Of a DNA stretch of 64,000 nucleotides, positions 37,409 through 48,760 are shown piece after piece. This DNA comes from Azolla caroliniana (lineage: Eukaryota > Plantae > Polypodiophyta). Each line of letters opens with the position of its first letter. Position 1 is the first letter of the stretch. The notes under the pieces were generated by a model. The model did not search any database. It had not been told where the DNA came from and saw only the letters and a program-made list of their open reading frames with translations. The DNA lies in the NCBI GenBank assembly GCA_043228905.1, contig JBHGNT010000018.1:2542001-2606000 (forward strand). The letters are read 5' to 3'. The position numbers were made by a program, and so were the translations under genes.

Positions 37409-37804
37409 GGGTTTCTTCTTCTTCAAGTTGGGAAACATGGTCTTGCTCGCTAAAGAAAGGCTTATTGTATGCACAATGATGGATGATACACAACAAAGGA
37501 TCATACTCGAAAATAGTTCGATATACCTCAAAGGTATACAATGCTTGGTGAGTGAAGATCATACTATCTCACACCAAAATGCTCGTTGCAAAGCATATGA
37601 AGAAAAGAGTTTGTGATCGGTGCATTGAACCCTCGGGTTTACGAAGGAGGGAGAGAGATGAGTATGACAATAGATAAAGAGATACCATAGAATTAATTGA
37701 ATTTGAGACAATATATGATATAAATTTGTTTTATTTTAATTAGGAATACAATATTTTTTTAACCAAAATTACAATATTCCATCATAAAGATACTACCTTA
37801 TCTA

Positions 37805-37872
37805 TGCAAAAAGCTCGAACCCATGACTTTGATCTTGAGAGATGGAAAACCTTTCTCGATGAGCTATCTTAC
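37805..37872 (-). mobile_element. tRNA-derived SINE-like head
   Basis: Minus strand: A-box-like TAGCTCATCGAG (37866-37855) and B-box GGTTCGAGCT (37821-37812). Confidence 0.4.
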
Positions 37873-38189
37873 TTAATTGATTATTCGATGAAAATGTCCT
37901 TGGTGCCTAGATGTTTTGACTATTTCTCCTTAAATGTGTTTGAATAAGAGTGCATGTGACGCATGCAATGTGCAATCGCCACTTGGGGTACATGTGTTAT
38001 CATCTGATGCATAAAAGCCATGTTGATCATATGAATCAACCATATGCAATAATGAATAAGATGTAATTTTAATATGAAACATTAAAAATATGTTTTTCCT
38101 AATGGTTGATATGTTAAGGTTATGGGTTTAAATCTCACACATGATACTTTCACACCCTTTTGAAATTGCACATTATTTTGCATTACCTA

Positions 38190-38860
38190 GTCTCAAAGGA
38201 GCTCTTTATTTTGCACATGGTTAAATCAAATAGTAACCGACTTAGGTAACCTTCTTCCAATCTGGTTTTTGATCCACACAAAGTTTGGTCCATTGTCTAT
38301 CACATTGACCTCCATTCTTATTGCAGTGATGTAGGGCTGACCTAGAATAACTGGTTAGTAGAAAGACTTCTCTCGATCAAATAATTTCAAATCTACAAAA
38401 ACATCTCATATTGTTGCTATAATGTTAAGGCATAGTCTGTAGAGATCTTGAGCTACTTCTGTTGTCACCTAGACTTTTCATCCATGGTTTTAGTTGATAG
38501 GACATTTCCCAAGATTGTACAAATAAGATGACATGATATTAACTTCGAAACCATGGTTCATCAATGCAATATGTGATTGCATCTCTTCCCTAATCTTGAT
38601 CGGGGCCTTTGTTGTCGCCCTAGCATGGGTGTAATGGCTTCTATCTTTATCTTGATTGAAATATTCATTTGCAATAAATCTAAAGGAATTGTTAGGAAAA
38701 ACAAAGAAAGAATTTCATGAGGTTATATTTGACGCGATCCAAGGAAAGAGGCAAGTGGCAAATGAAGTAATAGGTGTTAATGCAGTTAAAATCCCAAATG
38801 ATTTGGATGAGGAAGTCTCGTTATTAGCCAAATTAAGGGGTGAGCATAGGCTTCCTTGAG
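38190..38860. mobile_element. Decayed Ty3/Gypsy gag-protease relic with the two parts on opposite strands
   Basis: Minus strand 38640-38190: SHY..ARATT..IALMNHGFEVNIMS...VILGQPYITAIRME (aspartic protease-like). Plus strand 38656-38859: LKELLGKTKKEFHEVIFDAIQGKRQ (gag-linker-like). Confidence 0.5.
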
Positions 38861-40350
38861 TCTAGATTTCCTTGACTCAAATCTTCGGACCTAATCATGC
38901 TAATTCACTTAGAGGGAAGTTACACAAGGCAATCCACATAAGGGTTTAAAGGTCTTCTCGCACAACATCATGTCCTTTGTGGTTCAAGTCCCTTGTGGTG
39001 TCGCTCGATTAGTGCATGAACGTAGTTTACGTGACAATGTGTGAACCATGAAAGTCATGTTGCTCATGTGAACCAATATATATGCAATAACTCATAACAC
39101 ATCATTGAGAACATAGAATGAACCATACATATCATACGTGCATTCACATTCGAGAATGATTCAATCAAACGTGTATGGTAAATTGTCTCAAATTTGGATT
39201 GGATTGACTATGTTCTATATTATATATTGATTCACTCTCAATCCCAATAAGTGGACTCTAATCCATTGTGAACCACCAACATAAGTATGGTTGCGATATT
39301 TGCATTGTATCACATGCATACCTTTGGGATGCTTCTTAAGAATCAAGACATCTCTATCCTCCTCACTTTAGAACTTTACAAAAAAATGAGTATGAACTAT
39401 ACAGATTGAATCAAAATATGTCATTATAAATTATAGTCAAACGTTCAAAAACTCATAAAATGTATATTCGAGAACATGAAGAAAACATGACATAGGCGGT
39501 AGTAGCATGACAACTTACCACTAGGGTGAGCTAATTTCTAATAACAAAAAAGAAAAGAAAAAGGAACATGACACTAACACAAAATTTTGCCATGACATGA
39601 CATTAACGAGAGGATAGGAGAAAATTGGGAATTGAACCAAAGACATAAGCAATATCAACATGACAACTTATCACTAGGTTAAGCTAATGTGTTCATTTCC
39701 AAATGTTTGAATGCTTGCACGAACACGTTTATTACGTTCTATAATTGAGAATATAGCTTACAAAAAGTCTTGTTTTAATGGTTCATACTCAATTATTTAT
39801 ATGTGAAGGTAGATGCTTGAGGGTTTTTGCTACTTTGACATGTTGGTTGATGAGGGTATTGTTAGATATAATCAATGATCAACCCCAAGTTGTAAATCTA
39901 TCCCCATATGTGCTCTTAGAGTGCACATTTTGTGATAGCGCCCCAAATGAGGAGCGGCTAGTGTGCAACTCGACCATATGGGTCGATAAGGTATTAATCT
40001 AGGAAACCATAGATGCGTAGGACATAATGGATTTAGCAAAGAGTGAAATAGGTAACAGGATTGGCTAATCAAGTTAACTATAATATTTTGTGGGCAAGTT
40101 ACGATGTATTTAGTCTTGAAGTATCTAGCACTAGCATGTATCTAGGGACTTGGGTCATATTAAATGACAAGTTAGTTGACAAAAAAGGAATATCTCCACT
40201 ACTATCAACTGACTTGCACATTTAATGTTATACTCAAACCAAACATAGAATATAATCCACTTTCTTATACCGTGGTTAATTTGATCATCAGTCCATCTCT
40301 GTGGTTGTAACTCTATACACCTATCTAATCGATTATCAATATTTCTAACA

Positions 40351-40362
40351 TGGTATCAGAGC
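40351..40362 (+). promoter_or_regulatory. Primer-binding site (tRNA-iMet) of the Copia element
   Basis: TGGTATCAGAGC immediately after the 5' LTR. Confidence 0.92.
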
Positions 40363-40410
40363 TTAGAGGTTGACCTAGATTAGGTATATACGGGTAGTTG
40401 TTGTCTAGTA

Positions 40411-40412
<2 letters not shown>

Positions 40413-40464
<52 letters not shown>
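40413..40464. repeat. (AG)n microsatellite in the Copia leader
   Basis: Read directly; lies between the PBS and the gag ATG. Confidence 0.92.
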
Positions 40465-40470
<6 letters not shown>

Positions 40471-43400
40471 AATGGCCTTGTCCATGAATGTTGCAGCTGC
40501 TCCACTACGCATTGGCCCACCTCCATTGTCTGATGGAAAGTTAGATGGAACCAACTGCACTCTATGGAAGTTCAAAATGTTTGCCATTTTGGACTCCTAC
40601 AAGTTGTTGGAGACAATCATGGGACACACAGGAGGAGATCCTGAGCCCATGGTGACCTTTGACCCTGCACACCCTACCACATCAATCCCTCCAAATGTTG
40701 ATCTACTTCAAGCTTGGAAGAGAAGGAATGCTGATGTGTTGTGTACCATAGTCATTGGTGTATGTGACTCTATACTAACATTAATGCAACATACAACTAG
40801 GGCACATGAAGCTTGGAGCATATTGGCCAGCCAATATGAAACTAGAAACTATACAAGGATACAGAACCTCAAAAATCAGCTTGCTGCAGAGAAGCTCGCT
40901 GATGGAGAGAAAGTAGAATCCTTTGTAAAAAGGATTAAGGATATTCAAGATAAGCTTATAAAGTTGAGTTTCCTGAAACTTCAACTGATGGATTATGAAG
41001 ATCAAGAAGAATACATGAGCAAGGTAGACCCTCTGATCACATCATCAACATGGCTCTGATGGTGGACATCATAGGCTCAGTCAGTGAGCCTACCTCGGTG
41101 GAGGAAGCCATGGCCAACCTGAAGTGGAAAGAGGCGATCATATCCTAATACGATAACATCATGAAAAATGACACGTGGGAGTTGGTAGGGAGGCCAACAA
41201 AGAGGAAGGTGATAGGCACCAAGTGGGTGTGGAAAGTAAAGTATAAAGATGATGGTTCTTTGGAGAAATTTAAGGCCATGCTAGTAGCGCAAGGATACTC
41301 CCAAATTGAAGGGTTCAATGTACAAGAAACATTTGCCCCGATAGCTCACATGAGAACAATTCGAATGGTCATAACGTTGGCTGCTTCAAGAGGATGGCCG
41401 ATTTATCAAATGGATGTCAAATCGACATTTCTGAATGGGCATCTCAAGGAGGAGGTATAGTGACACAACCACCAGGGTTTGAGATGCCGAATTCAGAAAA
41501 CAAAGTCTACAAGTTGAAGAAGGCGTTGTATGGTCTAAAGCAAGCACCAAGAGTTTGGAACAAGAGGATACACAATTTCTTACAATCAATCGACTTTAAG
41601 CAATGTGCTTTGGATGCAAGTATGTATGTCAAAATGAAGGACATGAAACAAGTCATCATCATCATTTACGTGGATGATCTAGTACTTACTGGTGACCATG
41701 AAGAGTGTATTGGCCAAACACAAGAGTGTTTGAAAACTGAGTTTGAAATGACAGACTTAGGGATTCTACACTACTTCCTTGGAATTGAGGTTTGGCAAAC
41801 CTCGGTTGGCATCTTCATGTCACAAAGAAAGTATGCAACAAAGATCTTGAAGACCTTTGGGATGATGGACAACAAGTTGAAGTCGACTCCAATGGAGTCA
41901 AACTGCAAGCTATCCCAAGAAGACCCGTCACCAATGGTTGACATAAGGAAGTATAGACAGCTAGTAGGAAGTCTTATTTTCCTATGCAATACTAGGCCGG
42001 ATATTTGTTTTGTAGTTGGTGTGGTGAGTCGATTCAGCAACAAGCCGAAGGAAACTCATTGGAAAGCTGCACTACGTGTATTAAAGTAAATTGTAGGTAC
42101 TTTAAATTATAGAATCTTCTACAAGCCAACAATTGACAAACTTAGTGGGTATTGCAACTCCGATTGGGCTGGAGATAGTGATTCCAGAAAATTGGTTTCT
42201 AGATATTGTTTTTCAATAGGCTCTGGAGTTGTTTCATGGAGTAGTAAAGAACAACCAACATTGGCACTATCTTCAATGGAGGCAGAATACAAAGCAACAT
42301 GCATAGCGACATGCGAGGTAGTTTGGCTAAGAAGAATCCTTATGGATGTGGCAGTTCCAATAAGGATGACAACGGTATTGAGGTGTGACAATCAGAGTTG
42401 CATGGCCATTGCCAAGAACCTCGTATTTCATGCACATACTAAACACATAGAGATTCAGTATCACTATGTGCCGGAGCTAATAAATGATGAGATTGTGGAG
42501 CTTGAGTACTGGCCGACATCATAAAATGTTGCGGATATCTTCACAAAGGCACTTGGAGCAAAACAACTACACCAACATCTTCGACGACTAGGAGTTGGCC
42601 CAATTCCAAGAGAACTCAATGGGTTGACCATTGAGGGGGTGTGTTAGATATAATCAATGATCAGCCCCAAGTTGTAAATCTATCCCCATATGTGCTCTTA
42701 GAGTGCACATTTTGTGATAGCGCCCCAAATGAGGAGCGGCTAGTATGCAACTCAACCATATGGGTCGATAAGGTATTAATCTAGGAAACCGTAGATGCGT
42801 AGGACACAATGGATTTAGCAAAGAGTGAAATAGGTAATAGGATTGGCTAATCAAGTTAACTATAATATTTTGTGGGCAACTTACGATGTACTTAGTCGTG
42901 AAGTATGTGCCATTGACTTCAAGATAAGTATTATCTAGCACTAGCATGTATCTAGGGACTTGGGTCATATTAAATGACAAGTTAGTTGACAAAAAAGGAA
43001 TATCTCCACTACTATCAACTAACTTGCACATTTAATGTTATACTCAGACCAAACATAGAATATAATCCACTTTCTTACACAATGGTTGATTTGATCATTA
43101 GTCCCCACTAATTTTGTAGTGAGTTGGTCCAGATCCCATCTAAGCTCTAAAGTGTGAGTGCATGGGTGAACTACCATTGTGAGCTACTCTCATATGTAAT
43201 AGAAGTTTTGTTTTCATATATCCATCTCTATGGTTGTAACTCTATATACCTATCTGATCGATTCTCAATATTTCTAACAGGTATGATGGTTATGTTTTCC
43301 TATATTCTTTGTCGCATTTGGGCATCTTGCCATCAATACCAAGGTGAATCTTTTATCAAAAAAACGAAAAAAGAAAAAAGTTTTATATGTGAAGTAATGG

Positions 43401-44710
43401 GCTTGAGCTTCACGACAACACATTCTTCATGAGTTATGTGTTTTGCAAATTAAGTCAGGTATGTTCACTAAGTGAACGTGCTTATGTTAATGAGCATTTT
43501 GGTTTTCTTGGTGAGTGTGGTGATTCAATAAGAGAAGTTCAGTTTGCACACTTAACATGACTATTAGTAGGCGAAGGAGCTATTCACAACCGCTTCGACT
43601 CAAATGGTTAACAATAACATAGATCGTGGTCCAATCCTACAACATGACCGTTGTAAGGGCGCTTAACTCAGGCCAAGATTAAGAACATGCATGAATTAGT
43701 GCCATTGTCATGGAGTAGGCTACCTCTTGAAGCCTTTTGTGAGCTTTTCGTAAGCCCTCAAAGCAATGATTTAGTCATTCGAGAAGAAATAATATATAAA
43801 GAGAAAGACGTCTCAATAAGTCTCATGAAAGCTTAAATTGAGGAGTTTAAAATTATTTAAATCCTAAATTATTTGTTAACCCTTGTTCAAATGTGATTAA
43901 TATATGAAATTTTGATTTTTTTATTATTTATATTAAATCCCAACCACTTTTTCTCTCTTTATTTCTTAGTAGTTTTGTCGCTTTTTGTTTAAGTAAATCT
44001 TTTAATTTTTTTTATTTGTTGTATCTATACACTAATCACAATTATGAGTGTAATCATGAAAAGTACTAGTACAAGAGTTTTAAGGATTGTACCAAGTTAT
44101 CTCATGATAGTTTCCACAAAGAGAAAACTCACAATAGACCTCATAACATGTCACATGAAAGCCCAAGCCATGATAGAGAGACCATTTCACAATAGATTGG
44201 AAAGTTATGACGGACTATTCAAAAGATATGATAGAGAGAAGTTGAGTTACAAAAGACCCAAATTCATGGAAGAATGCCAATCCATGATAGATTAGATCCT
44301 ACGAGCCGTCACCCAAAGTCTTGCTAAAAGTCACATAATATCTGAACTCTCCAAATATCTACAAACCACAATAAAACCATACACCATAGAAGTATCATTC
44401 CTCAAGTCATGATAGGATTGATCATAAGTTGTGATAAAGGACTAATGTCACAATAAAGCCTACTAAGTTACAATTTTTATTGCCAAAAGTAGGTAAGACA
44501 CGAAAGATGGGGCTTGCATGAAAATTTCTAACTCTTGCATCATGTTTGCCCTAGTTCACAAGTTTAGGTTCCAACTATGGTTGATGAGAGAGAGTTTATT
44601 TTTATTTTATTTTTCCATAAAAAATATCCTCCATTACTATTAAAATTAAAGTGGCCAGAGGCAATAAACAAATAGTGTATAATATTTTCCATCTCAACAT
44701 GTATAGAGCA

Positions 44711-46745
44711 TTAGAGAAAGGACCAAAGATAAGTGATGTCATTTGGCAAGATACCTTCTTGCCTCATTTGATCAAAGCATTTTAGTGCCTCGTCATGAAC
44801 ACCGTGTTCTATAAAGACCAAAGTGTTACCAACAAGAGGTTCTATATCAAGACCTTTTAGTATTACGTCACTATGTATTTGTTCGCCTTTTGCGACCATA
44901 CCTGAGAACCCACATGCTTTTAAGACACAACCCGAATCTCAAGATGCACCTTCTTCTTGCATTTGATCAAAACATTCAATGGCCTCTTCACTATGTTCAC
45001 ATTCGGCATATGTTGCTATGATTCCATTCCATGAGCCTTTACTATGAAACAAAAACTTATCAAACAGTTTTTGTGCTTCTTCTAGTAATCCACAGTTTCC
45101 ATACATATTTACCAAGGTGGGTGCTACCAAAGGGATCATCCATCTCAGAAGGGATGGTTTATATCCATGAATGCATCTCTCTGCCTTTGTCAATAGCACC
45201 TTTGCTACAACAAGCTTGGAGACCACATTACCAAAGGGATCATCCATCTCAAATTGGGATAGTTTATATCCATGAATGCATCTCTCTGCCTTTGTCAATA
45301 GCACCTTTGCTACGACAAGCTTAGAGACCAAATATAAAGGTGATAGAATCAGGGACCATCAAGCTACATCATCTCAAAACAATGTTCTATAAGCCTTGTC
45401 ATCATTGCATTCCATGAGACCACATCTATAGTTAGGATCCTCTGGAACACATCTTTTGATTCAACAATCAAAACAAATTTTGCATACATATCAACTACAA
45501 TATTTTCAACAAGATTCCCCTTTTCAAGTCCTAATTTAACAATTTGACAATGTACCCCTTGCCCCATGTCAAGGATCTCTAAAAACTTCATGTTGTAGAC
45601 AAAGGTGGCTGAACTTGGGGATACACCTTTTGTTTGCATCTAGTTCAGCCTATATTGAAGCTCTTCAACATAACCATACTAAGCAGATCCACAAATTAAT
45701 GCAGTCCTAGATACTACATTCTAGTTGGTAGTCATGCTCAACATACCTTGAGATAAGTGTTGTCCACGCGATGATGTCTCACACCGGAAGCTCAAATAAT
45801 GTTTCTTTAAAGCATTTTAGTACGTCGTCATGAACACCGTGTTCTACATAGCCTACAATAAGCGCCATGAGGTATTGCTTCTGAATTTCAATTCATTGAA
45901 CACATCCAACACTTCAATAAATAAGCCACATCTTGCATACATATGTACAAGAGTGTCATAGACAGGAGTATGCCCATCAAAACCCTCTTCAACAATTTGA
46001 GCATGTATATCCAACCCATCATAAGCTCTCAAGCTGCATAATTTGTGTTGATATAAGCTCTCAAGCCGCATAAAAAGGTAACATCATCTATTAGGATGCC
46101 TTGGAGTTCCATTTGCTCAAGGCATCTCAATGCTTTCTCATGGAAACATAACTTGATGTACCCAATTATTATTGTTGTCCATGATACACTGGTTTGTTCG
46201 GCCATTTTATCAAGCACTTCAAGTACTTCTACAAGCATGGCACATTTTGCATACATTGATACCAATGCATTGCCAATAGCTGAATCTCCTTCAAATTCAC
46301 TTTGGCTATATCAGTATGTATGTCTCTGCCCCAGGTAATTTGACTTACATCATTGCAAGCCTTCAACATACAAAGAAAAGTGACTGCATTCTATAATATG
46401 CCCATCATTTTCATCTGGTCAAAGCAAAAAAAACGCTTCCTTTAGAAGTCCATGTTCCATATACCTTGTTATATGTGTATTCCATACCACTACATCTCGG
46501 TTTTGAAGGCGATCAAATACATTATGTGCTTCTTCAAGACAACCACATTTCACATACATGTCTATGAGATTGATGTATACACTTGGATCAATTTCTAACG
46601 CCTTTTTGCAAATTTCAAAAATTATGGGAAATCTGGTCTCTTAACTATGTCGTAGCAATGACACATGCTTTCAATAGGCAGACATATGAATGTTTCTTTT
46701 GCTTCAAGTAGTAACCCATGTTTTGAATATTCATCTATCATAGTG
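44711..46745 (-). pseudogene. PLS-class pentatricopeptide repeat (PPR) pseudogene
   Basis: Intronless run of P/L/S motifs (LVSMYAKCAMLVE, VSWTTIIIGY, ALRCLEQMELQG, LVHMYARCG, VVSWNAMM, EALKCFDQMRQEGILPN) broken by many stops and frameshifts; no DYW domain seen. Confidence 0.85.
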
Positions 46746-47231
46746 CTAGAGCGAGTTTATTCTCGAGTATGTGTTTGCTTAGTCAAGTTGTGAATATATG
46801 CTAAGTAACTGGTTATGTTAATGAGCTCTTCTATTAACTAGGTGAGTGCGGTGGGTTAAAGCTTTGACTTGAGCATTTAATATAACTGTTAGTTAAATTT
46901 AGGATAAATCAGCAATTGTCCTTGGTGCTATATGTTAGCAAAGATGGGTACATTATTTCATTATGACGATGCCAATGCACATGTGAATGAAGCATGTGGT
47001 ACGACGTACTTAACATACTAACTATAGGGTAAACATAATCTGATCATACAACATGACATTGGTAGGGATGCATAACTTTGACTAAGACTAAGACATGTGT
47101 TCAATGTTGCACGTCTTGAGTCAACAAACTTGGGAGAGATCTAAACACTCGTGCTTCATGAATTATATCACATATGTATATGACACAAAATTACAAAATC
47201 ATCTTCCTCTCAAAACGGGCAGCTTACATAG

Positions 47232-47666
47232 TGTCAGGAACAGTACTAAGACAGAGAAGGAATTAGTACTAAACGAAGGATTAGTTCTATGAGAGGTGTA
47301 GAACTTCTTTGAGAGAAGGAAGAAGTGAGCGAGACGGAGAGAAAGAGAGAGATCGAGAGAGGGAGAGAGTGATGATAAGAAAGATATGTATTATGTGAAG
47401 AGAATATACAATGGTGGCTAAAAGGCTTAAGACTGACGTTGAACCAATTTGGTTCAACATAATGCCTAGTGCCCTCTTTTATAGTGTTCTCAAGAATAAT
47501 CCTGAAGCTTCTAGAATGTTCCAGAGAGATTTGGAATATACATCAATTTTCTATGATAAAGCATAAATGAAAATAATATCCTATGTATTACAATTCATAG
47601 TCTAATGGTAAGAGCTCGACCCATGTAGCATAAGGTCATGGGTTCGAGTCTTGCCATATCATGACA
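47232..47666 (-). repeat. 3' LTR of the outer Gypsy (435 bp, TGTCA...TGACA)
   Basis: Terminal inverted TGTCA/TGACA directly adjacent to the PPT. Confidence 0.8.
47598..47651 (+). promoter_or_regulatory. tRNA-like Pol III A-box/B-box cassette inside the LTR
   Basis: TAGTCTAATGG 47598-47608 and GGTTCGAGTCT 47641-47651 at tRNA spacing; the acceptor stem does not pair. Confidence 0.5.
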
Positions 47667-48760
47667 CTATCTCCCCTTTCAAAACGACAAGTGGCACGAG
47701 TCGTCTTGGATCGAGGACCCGGTTTGTGTGGATATTGACGATGGAAGTCTTCAAGAAGAGCACGAGCATTGGTCACATTCTCGATCGGTTCTCAAGTACA
47801 TTCGTTGGGACTATAGCCTAGCCAATCGACTAGATAGTAGAGCTTGTTGCGAACAATCTTGGAATCAAGGATGGCGGAAACCTCATACTCCGGCCCATCT
47901 TCAAGCTCGATCGGGGGTGGAGGTTGTATAAGACGTCCTGGGATGGTGCTCTCATGATAGGGTTCGAGGAGAGAATTATGAAACACCGGATGTATCCGAA
48001 GTTGAGGAGGTAGATCGAGATGAAAAGCAACATCATTAATCTTTCCGATAATACGGAAAGATCCTAATCGCCGATAATCCAACTTCTCACATGGGCGAGT
48101 AGTCTTGATGTGTCGTCGTAGCAGCCACACCCGATCTCCAATATTAAAACTGGATGGAAGTCGATGAGGATCCGTGTAGACCTTGTGTGTTTGTTGAGCT
48201 TGTTGGAGATGAGTAGATAAATCCGCTTGTATCTTGTGTAACCGCTCCAAACGATCCTCTGCGCACGGATTTGTGGACACCTCTGGGGTTTCAAGTACAC
48301 TCCACCAGGGGTGACATCCTATTATAGATCATAGCACTAATGTAAGCTTAAGATAAGGATAAAGAATTGAAAGATAGAAAGGAGAAAGAGAATGACGGGT
48401 GCCGATCCACCCGACCACCCTCGAGCGAAGGGATCGAGATGGACTCGAGCCTCGATCGGCGTCCCATACCACCGCCGTGGCGTCGAGTCGTACCTGGTGC
48501 TGGAGCGCTCGCTACAAAAGTTGACCCACCACACGAGCAGAGTCTCGATGTAGTCAAAAGATGATCAAATGAGGGTAGCTAGGCCTCTTATTTATAGCGA
48601 TACCCAAGGCCCCCAGGCTAGTTCACACTTGACCTAATGGGTTGTCTCAATCCCGAGGATTAAAAGTAATCCTCCCCTCCTTTACACTCTCGTTTAACCC
48701 TCACACTTATCCACGTGTATAGAATACTACGGTAAATTCTTACCACGGGATATTATATGG

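Larger units (their letters stand above)
39860..43279 (+). mobile_element. Ty1/Copia LTR retrotransposon, internally deleted (no protease or integrase), 3420 bp
   Basis: TG...CA LTRs 39860-40350 and 42642-43279; TSD GGTAT at 39855-39859 and 43280-43284; PBS TGGTATCAGAGC 40351-40362; PPT TTGAGGGGGTG 42631-42641; partial gag from 40472; RT with YVDD and RNase H 41100-42600, carrying stops and a frameshift. Confidence 0.95.

Noticed and set aside
47591-47666. Functional tRNA gene
   Set aside because: Acceptor stem does not pair, T stem is mostly G-U, and the anticodon arm is irregular.
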